Both the position numbers and the translations under genes were made by a program. The notes under the pieces are model-generated. The model was not told where the DNA came from and searched no databases. It saw nothing but the letters and a program-made list of their open reading frames with translations. Below, piece by piece: positions 31,003 to 42,025 of a stretch of DNA of 64,000 nucleotides. Positions within the stretch are counted from its first letter, which is position 1; each line of letters starts with the position of its first letter. The stretch is from an uncultured bacterium (lineage in GTDB: Bacteria; JAGOEH01): positions 1 to 64,000 of the forward strand of contig CAZWDO010000019.1 in the NCBI GenBank assembly GCA_964632485.1, in the 5' to 3' direction.

Positions 31003-31395
31003 ATGAATATTGGCGATATCTATAACGGTGAAAACCCTGTCGTCATCGATGTAGAGGATTATACTGAAACTACGCGCTACGTACTATCAGCAGACAACAC
31101 GATTCGCGCGATCATCCGCGAGCGGACGGAGAAGTGCCCGCCGACCGCGGCGGAATTACTGACCGTCTCCATCCCTGCGTTTGTGGAGCTGGGCGGGGTG
31201 GTCGCGGTCGAGATTTCCAATTTGGGGGAGATATTGTTGTATCTGCGGCATAACGGGCGGACGCGGCAGATCGGGGATGCGGCGGAGATGACAGCGCCGC
31301 TGGCGGCCGATACATGCGGACCGAACGCGGTGGAGCTGCTCGACGAGACGGGTTCAGTTGTATGGTCGGGCGGGTTTGAGGCGTATGAACAATAG
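31003..31395 (+). CDS. Hypothetical protein (possible fibre chaperone)
   Basis: GGAGG RBS; follows the fibre-like gene. Confidence 0.5.
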   Translation: MNIGDIYNGENPVVIDVEDYTETTRYVLSADNTIRAIIRERTEKCPPTAAELLTVSIPAFVELGGVVAVEISNLGEILLYLRHNGRTRQIGDAAEMTAPLAADTCGPNAVELLDETGSVVWSGGFEAYEQ

Positions 31396-31482
31396 CGGCG
31401 CTGTCACGGCGCGCTTCGGCGGCCGCCGGGGCGGCGCGGGATCGCGGGAGCGAGCGGCGGGGGCCGCCGGGGCGGGGGGCTG

Positions 31483-33028
31483 ATGGCGTACGGAAAAAAG
31501 ACGAAGGAAGCGGCCTGCCGGATGTATCGGCAGGGATACAGTCTCGTAGAAATATCCGAGAAGCTGCGGGTTAACCGGGATACGCTCAACCGCTGGAAAA
31601 AGACGGCGGGGTGGGATCAGGTGGATAGCTCGACGATTGAAGGCATCCAGCGGCAGATCAATCAGATCGTGGCGGGCATGGAGCTTTCCGGCGAGGAGAT
31701 GACGGACAAGCAAGTGTGGAAGCTGGAACGGCTGACGAAGGTATTGGATCGCCTCGCGGGGGGAGATCGGGCGCGGAAATCGCGGCGGGCGAAGGCGCGG
31801 GACGCGCTGCCGGTGGAGGTGATCGGCGACATCGAGACGAAAATTCTCGATGGGCTCTATCCCTATCAACGGAAGTTTTTCCGGGACGACTCGCGCTTCC
31901 GGATAAATCTGAAATCGCGCCAGACGGGGTTTTCGCTGGAGACGGCGGCGGAGATGATTTTGGGCGCCCTGAAACGGCAGCGCGACCAGGCGTTGATCTC
32001 GGCGTCGGATCGTCAGGCGGATCTGGTGCGGCGCTATGCGGAAGACTGGGCGGCGAAGCTGGGCGTGGACCTGATCCCGGACGGCGGCGAGCTGGTGGCT
32101 CCGGGCGGGGCGCGGCTGAAATTTCTGCCGTCGAATTTTCGTACAGTACAGGGTAATTCTGGCGATCTATATTTAGATGAGTTTGCCTGGCATATTCACA
32201 ATGACCGCATCTATTCGGCGGCCTACCCGACGATCACGATCGGCGACCGGCGGCTGACGATTGTTTCGTCGCCGTATGTGTCCACGGACAAAATGGGGGA
32301 TATCTGGCTGAATATCGAGAAATACCCGCGATTTTCGCGGCATCGGGTGACGATCGACGACGCGATCGCTGACGGGCTGCCGGTTGATTTGGAGGAAATC
32401 CGCTCGGGCATCGACGAGGAGACGTTCCGGATGCTGTATTTATGTGAATTTTTCTCGGACGAGCTGGCGGTTTTCCGAGTGAAGGACGTCCAGGCGTCGC
32501 TCTCGGAAACATGCCTGAAACATGTTGACCGGCCGGTGTCCGGCGGCATGGATATCGGTCGCTACCGGGATTTGTCGGAGATCGCGCTATCGGAGGAATA
32601 TGAGGACGCGGTGTGGCTTCGAGACTTATCGACGCTGGCGCGGATGGAATATGACGCGCAGGCGGATTTTGTCAGTTCGCTGCTGACGGACTGGACGGTA
32701 GATTCGTTCCTGATCGACCGGACGGGCATCGGGGACCCGATATACGAACGTCTGCTGCGTCGGCACGGGTCGAAGGTGTTCGGGGTGTGGATGACGCGGG
32801 AATGGAAAGCGGACTTAGTGCTTTCGGCGATGTGCCTTTTNNNNNNNNNNGATCGCGCAGTTGCATTCGTTGAAGCGCAAGCCGACCGCGACAGGATTTA
32901 CGTACGACAGCGACCGGAACGAGCGTATCAAACACGCGGACAAGGCGTGGGCGCTGATGTTGTCGATATTTGAGTTTTCGGATCGCCGACGGGACGAGAT
33001 CGGCGAGGATGACGTGATGATATTTTAA
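31483..33028 (+). CDS. Terminase large subunit with an N-terminal HTH (P2 gpP-like architecture)
   Basis: YRQGYSLVEISEKL..RWKKTAGWD; LYPYQ..LKSRQTGFS; LYLDEFAW; GMDIGR; after the N gap IAQLHSLKR..HADKAWAL..MIF*. Confidence 0.88.
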
Positions 33029-33052
33029 ATTTGATTTCGGGAAGGACAGGGC

Positions 33053-33699
33053 ATGGCGAACGCGAAGAAAACAGAGTCGAACGCGGCGAAAGGAAAAACG
33101 GGGGCGAAGATCGACGCGGCGGCGGAACGGGCGAGGATCGAGGATCGGCTGGCGCGTCGGCGGGATTTGCGGATCGCGGCGGAGCGGCTGGAGGCGGAAC
33201 TGGATGCGGAAAAGAAGTCGGATCGGGAATCGGTTCTGGCGAAACTGACGATCGAGATGGCGCGCAAGCTGGGGGTGTTTTGATGAAGGATGCAGGGTGT
33301 AGCGCCGGTGGCGGCGCCGGAAGGGGGTCTCGGGACGATTTTGAGTTTTCGGCGCCGCAGATTCGGGACTTGACGGAGAACTACTGTTCGTATTGCCCTT
33401 CATACGGGGACTGCCTGTCGGAACGGGACGAGGAAGCGCGGGAACGTGTGTCGAGCCTGCGGTTTTGCCTGGGCGCGCTATCGTATCTGTTCTGTTCGGC
33501 GTCGGCGCGGGAGGTTGAGCTGGAAGCGCGGGCGGCCGCGCTGACTGCGGTCGTAGGTGAACAGACGCGCATCGTGGAGGAACTGACGAAACAGTTGCAT
33601 GCCACGCTGTCGCGCATCATGGAAGCGGGGTTGAAACCGGGAACGGGCGCGGGCGTTGCCAGAAATACAAGCGGAAAGGATAATGCAAATGAAGAATGA
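33053..33699 (+). CDS. Two coupled hypothetical ORFs (33053-33283, 33283-33699)
   Basis: TGATG overlap; the second has a CSYCPSYGDC motif and a coiled coil. Confidence 0.5.
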
Positions 33700-34389
33700 T
33701 ATGCGGAACGAAGCGGTGCGGCGGATCAACCTCGATGCGAAGGCCGTCGCCGTCGATATGGGCGATCCGCGGGCGTTGAGCGCCGCGCTGACGGTGCGTC
33801 CGGAGCGGGCGATCACGCTTGGCGCCGGGCGGACGGTGCATGTGCGCGCGGCGAATGTGTTAGTGCTGCTGGCCGAGGGGCTGCTGCCCGAGCCGATCTC
33901 GCGCGCCGTGGAAGATATGTTTTACGGCGCCGAAACGGGCGGGGGCGAAATTTCGCCGCGCGAGGCGAAGAGGCGGGAATTCGAGTTGTATCTGCGGTTG
34001 GCGAAGGCGTTCCTGACGGACGCGGACGCGCACGATCTGTCCGTTGCGGAGCTGAAAGCGCTGGGCATGAAGCTGCTGCTTTCGCAGTACGACGCGGAGG
34101 AATCGAGCATGGGGGAAAGATCGCCCTCTCCGACGGATTTTGGCGGCTGATCAGCGCGTATCCGGGAGAGGGCGAGGACTATGCGGCGCGCGCGGGGATT
34201 TCCTGTCCGGCGGTGGCGCTGGACTTCAACCGGGCGATGCGGCTGCGTCTGCGCGCGGAACGGGAGCTTTCCCGCGCCGAGCGGGGCGCGGAAAAGCGGC
34301 GTCCAGTTCGGCGAGCGCGGTTGCGGCGGGACGAAACCGGCCAGGATGAATTTTGGGGGGATTTCGACAGCGCTGGCGCGTCGGTCTGA
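33683..34389 (+). CDS. Tail assembly chaperone (stop at 34150) with a predicted -1 frameshifted extension to 34389
   Basis: G GGG GAA at 34111-34117; the -1 frame is open to TGA at 34387; upstream of the tape measure gene. Confidence 0.65.
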
Positions 34390-34412
34390 GCGGGTTGAAC
34401 GCATGCCATCGC

Positions 34413-34916
34413 TCAGCGGCGCATGAGAGAGCCCGCGTCTTCGTTGGCCGCGATGTAGCGCGCCATGACCAGTGCGTTGCGGCGGGAATAGTCGCCGCGA
34501 TAGGGACGATCGGCGATGCAGTCAACGCGGTAAATCCAGGTCTTGTCCCCGGTTCGAGACCGGGATCGGGCGATATGGTAGCGGTATCCGCCGTCGGGCG
34601 GACGGGACGTGACGATCTGGGAATCGTTCATGATCTCGATGGAGCCGGAGGCATAGCGGATCGTCCAATCCTGAGCGCGTCTCCATGCGCCGGGGTTTTC
34701 GAACTCGCCCACGACGAATGAACTGCCCTGCGCGCGGGCGCGGGCGAGGACGTCGCGCTCCCATTTGGTCAGGGCGAGTTCCTCGATGCAGGCGGTCGCC
34801 AGGCATAGAACGGCCAGCGCGGTTATGAGAGCGAGCGTCAGTCGGCGGGTTGTTACAGGTTCGGCGGCGGAGCGAGCGCGGGCTCCGCGAAAGGTGGATT
34901 TAAGCTGGATTTGCAT
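34413..34916 (-). CDS. Antisense moron lipoprotein
   Basis: RRLTLALITALAVLCLATA-C lipobox; TTGACA-16-TATATT promoter at 34995-34968. Confidence 0.65.
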   Translation of the reverse strand: MQIQLKSTFRGARARSAAEPVTTRRLTLALITALAVLCLATACIEELALTKWERDVLARARAQGSSFVVGEFENPGAWRRAQDWTIRYASGSIEIMNDSQIVTSRPPDGGYRYHIARSRSRTGDKTWIYRVDCIADRPYRGDYSRRNALVMARYIAANEDAGSLMRR

Positions 34917-35020
34917 GTCGGCCTCCGGGAATGCAAGTTTGCAGGATTGCGATAGATCGTTTTTTACAATATAAGTCGGTTTTCAGAAATGTCAAGGTCT
35001 AATAAAAAAAAGGAAATGCA

Positions 35021-38000
35021 ATGCCGGGAAATGATTTGAAACTTTCGCTGCTGATCGACGCGGAGACGAAGGGACTTCAGGGCAAGCTGGACGGGCTGAT
35101 CGGCGCGCTGGGGTCGTTTTCGACGGCGGCGCTGGCGGCCGGGGGGCTTTACGGATATGCGGAATCCATCGAGGCGGCGGTTCGCGCTTTCAGCGAGCTG
35201 CAGGACAGCATGGCATTGATCGACACGCTCGATGTGGTGGATGATCTCGGTGGACTGAAACGCGAGCTGATCGATATTTCGCTGAAAGTCCCGGTGGCGG
35301 CGACGGAACTGGCGGCGGCGACGTATCAGGCTTTGTCGGCGGGCATGGCGTCGGCGCAGGCGGCGGAAGCGGCGCGGATCGCGGCTCTGGCCGCGCGCGC
35401 GGGCATGTCCGACACGACTACGGCCGTGGATGGCATGACCACGGCGATGAATGTATGGGGCGATTCGATCGGGTCCGCGTCCTCGGCGATGGACAAATAC
35501 CTGACGGCGCAGAACCTCGGCAAGACCACGCTCGCTGAAATGGCGTCCTCCATCGGCGGTGTGGCGGCGACCGCCAAATCGCTGAATGTTTCCTTCGACG
35601 AACTCCTTGCATCCAACTCATCGCTCACGCTCGGGGGCATCGCCACCTCGGAGGCGATGACGGGGCTCAAGGCGGTTTTCAGTAACATTTTAAAGCCGTC
35701 CAAAGATGCGTCGGATATGGCGAAAACACTGGGCATCGATTTTTCCGTCGCCTCCGTGCAGTCGAAAGGCTGGTCGGGCTGGGTTAACGAGCTGGCGAAG
35801 AAGCTCTCGGACTACGAAGAAAACGGCGGGAACGCCACGGACGCAAACGCGAAGCTGTTCGGTTCCACCGAAGCGTTGAACGTGATGTTGAATCTGACCT
35901 CGGAACAGGGTCTGTCGAGATTCAACAGCATGACGGAAAAAATCGGGGACTCAATGGGCGCCACGAATGCCATGGCCGCCAAGGTCAACGACACCTGGTC
36001 GGGGTTTTCCCAGCTTTTCCAGAACCATGTGTTCGCGGCGCTGGAGGCGGTTGGGGAAGTGATCGTGAAAACGGTTATGCCCGCCGGACGGGACCTGTTC
36101 GAGATCATCGACAATCTGTCGGCCGCGCTGACGCCTGTTTTGGACTTGCTGGGACCGATACTGAAATATACGCTGCTGACGGCGACGGGCATCCTGCGGG
36201 AGCTGACGGACGTGATCCGCTCGCTGCTTTCGCCGTTCGCCATGCTGCGCGACGAGGTGGACTGGACGTCGGAAAAATTTGACGAGTATATTAAAACGCT
36301 CGAACGCCTGAAAACGGCGAATATCGAGCTGGTCGCCCAGCAGTCGGGGCTCTATCAGAAATTGATGCTGGACGCGGAAACGGCGGCGGGGAAGATCATC
36401 GCAGAGCAGAAACTGACGGGCGAGGCGGCGGAAGCGGCTATGCGCAAGGAACTCGCCCTGGCGGAACAGCGATACAACCAATATCTTGAAGTGATCGTGG
36501 CGAATCAGCAGCTCATGAATGACGCGGACTCGATGTCGGAAAAATACCGGCAATTCTCGACACTGCTCCAGGGCTCATACGAAAAGCTCGGGGAACTGCC
36601 GGATGTGGCGCCGAAAGTGAAGATCGATATCCAGAGCGCGCTGGACCAGATCGGAGAACTTCAGCATCAGTTCGAGACTGCATCCGCTACCGGCAATAAG
36701 CTGGAGATGCTGATCGCGCTCAAGGACCTCGAAAAAGCCAAGTCCGGGCTCGACGAGCTGATCGCGGCGGCCGGGCAGGTGCCGGTTTCGAAAACGACTG
36801 CTGTCGCGGTGGCGGGCAAAGACAAGATGATGAACGATCTCGCCGAGCTGGAGCTCAAGATCGGCAACGCGGCGACTTCTAAGCTTTCGATCCCGGCGGA
36901 AGTGGACGTGGACCCGTCCCGCGTGGACGCGGTGTTCGCGGAACTGGGCGAGGAAATCCGTAAAAAGAAGGAAGCGATCGAGCGGGATTATATCCTGACG
37001 CCATCGGCGGACAATGCCGCCGCGCTGGCGAAAATTACGGAGATCGAGTCGGAATACGCGACGCTGAAAACGGGTATCGAAGGGACGCGCATCGCGCTGC
37101 CGGACCTGCCCACGCCCAACCTCGACCTGCGCCTTCCGGACATCAAGGCGGACGCGGCTGCCTATATCGCGGATTTGAAACCGGTCGCGGAAGCGGCGAC
37201 GGATATTAAGGTTGAGCTGGGGAGCTGGGGTTCGGCGATCGCGGACGCGGGCGACGCGCTGCATGACGGGCTGGAGACGCAGATGCAGAACCTTTTCAGC
37301 GGCGGCAGATTCGATTTTTCCAAGCTGCTTTCCGGTGTCCAGGGCGCGCTGTTCGAGCCGCTGGCCGGGAAATTCGCGGACCTGGTCGTGGGCGAAAATG
37401 GCAACGGCGGACTGCTGGGAACGCTGACCGGCGCGCTCGGCATCGCGGGGCCGTGGGGCGCGGCCATCGGCGCGGGCGTATCCTTCCTCGGATCGGCGCT
37501 GAGCGGCATCTTCGGGGGAACTCGGAGCCAACCGCCGCCATGGAGCGAGGTGTTCGCCGAACAAATCAGGGAATCGTCGGAAACGATCAAGACGGAGTTT
37601 ACCGCCGCTGTCCGCGGAAGTTTCAGCGACATCGCCGACGAAGTGCAAACCCTTCTCGCGGGCGATTCCGGAGTGTCGGCCGCTATCGCTTTCTCGCTCT
37701 CCACGCTCGGCGACGATCTGAACGCTTTTTTCTCAGGGATCGATATAGGCGACTACATGGAAATCGCCACCGGCATCGTCGGCGATGCCACATTGGCGGG
37801 TCTTGAAGACCAGCTCGCGGCGCTGCGCGCGGAATTGACCATGCTTTCGGAATCGGGCATGGAGTTCGGCTGGCAGGGATATGCAACCGAGCAAGCGATA
37901 ACTTTATATAACCAGATCGATGCCGTCGAACGTAAAATTAACCAGGTTTACGGCACCGGCGGCGTGTGGGACAATCTGTCTTTTTCCGTGGCCGAAGGCG

Positions 38001-40108
38001 TGCGCGCGGGAATCGACGAGTGGGAAACGACCTGGGGATACATAATTGAATACAATCGGGACATGCTCGAAGCGTCCGGGGTGGATATCAACGCGGCCAT
38101 GGCCTGGATACACACCCAGGCGCAAACCATGGCGGCCGATGCCCAGTCCCGCATCGACGCCTTCATGGAAAGCCTGAGATACCTGCCGATCGACGATTGG
38201 GACAATGCCTGGCAGGCTTTCTCCGGCGTGTTCAGCGCGGAAATGACAGATATGTTTACCCAGTGGGCCGACCTGGACGGCATTATCGCCGCCATCGGCG
38301 TCACGACATCGGAGACCGGCGCCGAAACTGTGGCCGCCACGCGCGAAATGAGCTCGGGGATTTCCGACGCGCTGAACGAAGCTGAAAGTTCTACCCGGGA
38401 TTATGCCGCCGCCATCGAAGAAGCCATCGACGGACTGAGCGCGGAAGACCAGATCGCCGAATTGCGGCGCATGGCTGCGGCAAACGACGCCTACTACGGC
38501 GCGCTCTACGGCCAGATCGATGCCGCGGCGGACATGATCGAAGCTCTGATGCGCTCCCAGGTCGAAATGCAGCTCGCGGGAATCGAACAGGTGATCTCGC
38601 GTTTGACGGAACGCTATGAGCTGGAAATGACGCTTATCCGCAACAACAACTCCGAACTGGAAGCCGGGCTTTCCGCCTATTTCGCCGCCATCGGCGACAT
38701 GGCGGGAGCCACGGCCGAAGAAGCCGCGGAGATCGCCCGCCGCTACAATGAGGAACAGCTCGAAAACCTGGCGTCCGTCAACGCCGCCAATCAGAAAATC
38801 ATCGAGTACAAGCTTCAGGGCGCGAACCTGACGGAGCAGGAACGTCGCGACGTGGAAATCTTTCTCGCGGGGCTTTCCTCGGTCACGGACGAACAAACAA
38901 AACAGAATCTCCTGCTCGAATTCGCCCAGGCCATGCGTGAGAAAGGCATCGAAATAAACCTGCAGGATTACCAGACGCTGCTGCTCAAACAGGACCTGAC
39001 GGCTGAAGAAATCGAAGCTCTGCAGGAAAAACGCGCCCTCGGCGAAGAAGCGCTTCGGGATATGAAAGAGGATCTCGACATTCAACGACAGCGCCTCATC
39101 GATGCCGGGTTGCCGACGCTCGAGGTGGAACGCATGCTCGCGCTGGAAAAACAGCGTCAGCTCGCCGCTATCGCCGCATCGCTCGGGTTCTCGATCGATG
39201 AGCTCTCCGTGCTGGATACACAGCTCATCCGCACGGCGGAAATCGAGGCGCAGAACAAAGAACTCGCGCTGACGCAGCTCGACCGGCTTCAGGCGGAACT
39301 GGCCGCCATGGAACAAACCGGCGCGACGCAGGCCGAAATCAACGAATACCGGCTCCAATCGCTCGCCGCAATCGCCGAATCGCTCGGGATCGAGCAATCC
39401 CAGCTCGAAAACCTGCTGTCGAAAAATCAGGATATCGCCGCCGAGGAAGCCGCTAAAAAACAAATGCTCGAAGACCAGCTTCAGGCGTTGCTGGGTGTGC
39501 GCGATTCGACGGACCGCATCGCCGACGGCATGACGGATCTGGCCGCGGCCATGTCCCAACTGGCGGCCGCCATCGCGGGCGACGTCAACCCCGCTCTTTC
39601 GGAATCGGCCAGCCTGACCGACAGGATGAAATCCGATCTCGAAGATTTGAACGATCTGCAGTTCGACCGCCTCCGCGACAAACTCGACGTCGTGATGTCC
39701 AATACGCGGCGCCAACTCGACGACGTAAAAGCGGGACTCGACGATATAGGCGCGGGAGCCGGATTATCCGATTCCGCGCCGGACCCCGAAGCGTCTTTCG
39801 CAGTGGGTTCCCCGTTCATTCCGCGCAACATGCTGGCGCAGGTGCACGCGGGCGAAGCGGTGCTGCCGTCCGACTTGAACGCTCGGCTGCGCGCCTTCGG
39901 GGTTAACTCGCTTCGCGATTACGCCGCGATCCCAGACATGTTCTCTGCGCTCGCGCTCGGCGGCGGAGCGGCCGTTGGGGGCGCGGCGCCCGTAATAAAC
40001 TTGAGCGTTTCCGGAAACACATTCCGCAACCATTCCGACATTGATTACCTCGTTGACCAGGTCAGCGAACGTCTGGCTGAAAATATTCTGCATCGGGGCG
40101 CGTTGTGA
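35021..40108 (+). CDS. Tail tape measure protein (TP901-type core)
   Basis: AATYQALSAG, NLGKTTLAEMASSIGGV, AMTGLKAVFSNILKPS; C-terminal FAVGSPFIP..VHAGEAVLP. Confidence 0.93.
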   Translation: MPGNDLKLSLLIDAETKGLQGKLDGLIGALGSFSTAALAAGGLYGYAESIEAAVRAFSELQDSMALIDTLDVVDDLGGLKRELIDISLKVPVAATELAAATYQALSAGMASAQAAEAARIAALAARAGMSDTTTAVDGMTTAMNVWGDSIGSASSAMDKYLTAQNLGKTTLAEMASSIGGVAATAKSLNVSFDELLASNSSLTLGGIATSEAMTGLKAVFSNILKPSKDASDMAKTLGIDFSVASVQSKGWSGWVNELAKKLSDYEENGGNATDANAKLFGSTEALNVMLNLTSEQGLSRFNSMTEKIGDSMGATNAMAAKVNDTWSGFSQLFQNHVFAALEAVGEVIVKTVMPAGRDLFEIIDNLSAALTPVLDLLGPILKYTLLTATGILRELTDVIRSLLSPFAMLRDEVDWTSEKFDEYIKTLERLKTANIELVAQQSGLYQKLMLDAETAAGKIIAEQKLTGEAAEAAMRKELALAEQRYNQYLEVIVANQQLMNDADSMSEKYRQFSTLLQGSYEKLGELPDVAPKVKIDIQSALDQIGELQHQFETASATGNKLEMLIALKDLEKAKSGLDELIAAAGQVPVSKTTAVAVAGKDKMMNDLAELELKIGNAATSKLSIPAEVDVDPSRVDAVFAELGEEIRKKKEAIERDYILTPSADNAAALAKITEIESEYATLKTGIEGTRIALPDLPTPNLDLRLPDIKADAAAYIADLKPVAEAATDIKVELGSWGSAIADAGDALHDGLETQMQNLFSGGRFDFSKLLSGVQGALFEPLAGKFADLVVGENGNGGLLGTLTGALGIAGPWGAAIGAGVSFLGSALSGIFGGTRSQPPPWSEVFAEQIRESSETIKTEFTAAVRGSFSDIADEVQTLLAGDSGVSAAIAFSLSTLGDDLNAFFSGIDIGDYMEIATGIVGDATLAGLEDQLAALRAELTMLSESGMEFGWQGYATEQAITLYNQIDAVERKINQVYGTGGVWDNLSFSVAEGVRAGIDEWETTWGYIIEYNRDMLEASGVDINAAMAWIHTQAQTMAADAQSRIDAFMESLRYLPIDDWDNAWQAFSGVFSAEMTDMFTQWADLDGIIAAIGVTTSETGAETVAATREMSSGISDALNEAESSTRDYAAAIEEAIDGLSAEDQIAELRRMAAANDAYYGALYGQIDAAADMIEALMRSQVEMQLAGIEQVISRLTERYELEMTLIRNNNSELEAGLSAYFAAIGDMAGATAEEAAEIARRYNEEQLENLASVNAANQKIIEYKLQGANLTEQERRDVEIFLAGLSSVTDEQTKQNLLLEFAQAMREKGIEINLQDYQTLLLKQDLTAEEIEALQEKRALGEEALRDMKEDLDIQRQRLIDAGLPTLEVERMLALEKQRQLAAIAASLGFSIDELSVLDTQLIRTAEIEAQNKELALTQLDRLQAELAAMEQTGATQAEINEYRLQSLAAIAESLGIEQSQLENLLSKNQDIAAEEAAKKQMLEDQLQALLGVRDSTDRIADGMTDLAAAMSQLAAAIAGDVNPALSESASLTDRMKSDLEDLNDLQFDRLRDKLDVVMSNTRRQLDDVKAGLDDIGAGAGLSDSAPDPEASFAVGSPFIPRNMLAQVHAGEAVLPSDLNARLRAFGVNSLRDYAAIPDMFSALALGGGAAVGGAAPVINLSVSGNTFRNHSDIDYLVDQVSERLAENILHRGAL

Positions 40109-41559
40109 TTCGTCTCATCATAGCCGGTATTGAAATTTCGCCGATCTCATCGCCGTTTTCCAACATATCATTCTCCCGCTCGCTCGCCGCCGCCGTCGAT
40201 ACAGCCAGGTTGACTATCGTCGATCCGCCGGACGCCGCGCTGCCGCTTTCCGAAAAAGAAGCCTATATATATAATGATAGTAGATGCCTTTTCGGCGGCA
40301 TTGTCCGCGCGCCCAAAATACGTCCTATGACGCCCGCGCTGTCGTCGCCGCTGGAATATGAACTGCGCGTGGATTCGTGGGAAGCCGCGCTCGCCCGCCG
40401 CTACGCATCGGGAGCCTGGTCGGGAGCGATCGCGGACGCGGTCGTCGCGATCCTCGCCGATACCGGGCTCGCCGCCGCCGGTTTCACCGCCGAGATCGAT
40501 CCTGAGCTGAAAATCGGGAAAGTTGTTCTCGAAGCAACGGTTTTGGATATTTTCTCCGAGTTAGCCCGATTAAACCAGGCTGTTTTGACGATTTCTCCTG
40601 AAAAAGTGATCGCCATCCGCCGCGATCCGCCTGCGTCGCCGTTGCAATTCGACGCATCCGCCCCGCCCGCGACCGCCCTCGGGACGTGGAAATCGCACGC
40701 TTTCACGCCCGATAGCGCCGCGCTGACCAGCGTTGTAAAAATACGCAACGCTAAAATCATCTCGCAAAATATCATTGCCGATCCGCCCCAGCTCGCGGAC
40801 GGCGTAACCGATGTTTTTCATGTCAACCACCAATTTTCCGGCATTGTGGTCGAAACATCGCCCGATGGCGCATCCTGGACGGAAATCGACGTAGGCGTCG
40901 AGTTTATCGATGCGGACGCCGATTTCGACGCGCTGTATAATTTTAACTCCTATTATGTCCGATTTACCGCGCCGCCGACATCGGGAACTCATATCCGCGC
41001 GAAAGGCCGCGCTTACTACGATTTCTTTTTCGATTACCGCGACGAGGCCGCCGTCGAACAGCTCGCCGCGCTGACCGCTACGGACGGGGTATTCGAGTAC
41101 ATGCCGTCCGCCGCAGACTTGTCCGGACTGCACAGCGGACAGGATGTCGTCAACTTCTGCCGCACGCTCATCGAAGATCGAAAAAACGTCAAAATTAACG
41201 GAAAATTGGTTTTAGAAACAACTTCGCCGCCGCCCGATCCGATCGGGCAGACGATCCGCGTGACCGATGCGGCGGTTGCGTTTCAGAACCGGGACTTTCT
41301 TGTAACTCGCTATGCGTGCCGGTTTTCGCGCCCGCTATGGGTGTATGAATTATCACTCGACGCCGCCGTCTTCGGTATTGAAAAAATAGTCGCCGATATC
41401 CTGCGCAAGCGCGGAACCGCCGATGGAACCGACACGCTGCCGCTTTCGCGCGCATACGAAGAGCCGATCGTCATTTCCGAATCCTGCGCGCGGAATTTAT
41501 TTCCGATCGCTGCAAATTTAGTTTTCGACGGTGAGTTCGGTCATACCGCCATCGCTTGA
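40105..41559 (+). CDS. Tail tip/hub protein
   Basis: GTGA overlap after the tape measure gene; beta-rich. Confidence 0.65.
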   Translation: MIRLIIAGIEISPISSPFSNISFSRSLAAAVDTARLTIVDPPDAALPLSEKEAYIYNDSRCLFGGIVRAPKIRPMTPALSSPLEYELRVDSWEAALARRYASGAWSGAIADAVVAILADTGLAAAGFTAEIDPELKIGKVVLEATVLDIFSELARLNQAVLTISPEKVIAIRRDPPASPLQFDASAPPATALGTWKSHAFTPDSAALTSVVKIRNAKIISQNIIADPPQLADGVTDVFHVNHQFSGIVVETSPDGASWTEIDVGVEFIDADADFDALYNFNSYYVRFTAPPTSGTHIRAKGRAYYDFFFDYRDEAAVEQLAALTATDGVFEYMPSAADLSGLHSGQDVVNFCRTLIEDRKNVKINGKLVLETTSPPPDPIGQTIRVTDAAVAFQNRDFLVTRYACRFSRPLWVYELSLDAAVFGIEKIVADILRKRGTADGTDTLPLSRAYEEPIVISESCARNLFPIAANLVFDGEFGHTAIA

Positions 41560-41571
41560 AAGGAGTTTTGT

Positions 41572-42012
41572 ATGAAATACCGAATGTCTTACCCGCTCGT
41601 CATGCGCGCTAATTGCCGCATCGATCTGATACCACCCTCGAAAAACATAACCGTATATCTCTATCACAATCAGCTCGCCGCCATTTATCTCGCTGAAATG
41701 GCGAAACTTATTTCCGGCGAAAGCCTGGAATACGACATGTCCCTGAAAATCGTCGAACTGTGCTCGGAAAGCGCGCCGGTAGCCCGGAAACAGTATGCTG
41801 ACGCCTGGCGTATCGGGGTTGCTAATACCCATGTGTTTTCATTCGCTCGCTCCGAAGCCAACGCCGCGTTGCGCTACATTCGGTTCTATGCAGGCGACGC
41901 GACCACTGCCTTCGGTACGGGAATGATCATGTCCGAAATAGCGGTAAATTTTTCTAAAACTGGCGACTATATTATGAACATCGTATATTCGACCGGCATT
42001 CAAAATGCATAG
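41572..42012 (+). CDS. Tail-associated protein
   Basis: AAGGAG RBS; EANAALRYIRFY motif typical of tail-fibre-proximal proteins. Confidence 0.55.
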   Translation: MKYRMSYPLVMRANCRIDLIPPSKNITVYLYHNQLAAIYLAEMAKLISGESLEYDMSLKIVELCSESAPVARKQYADAWRIGVANTHVFSFARSEANAALRYIRFYAGDATTAFGTGMIMSEIAVNFSKTGDYIMNIVYSTGIQNA

Positions 42013-42025
42013 ATAAGGAGCTAAG

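Noticed and set aside
25844-32850. Capsid and terminase as frameshifted pseudogenes
   Set aside because: The shifts coincide with 10-N placeholders, and plausible C-termini continue after each gap.
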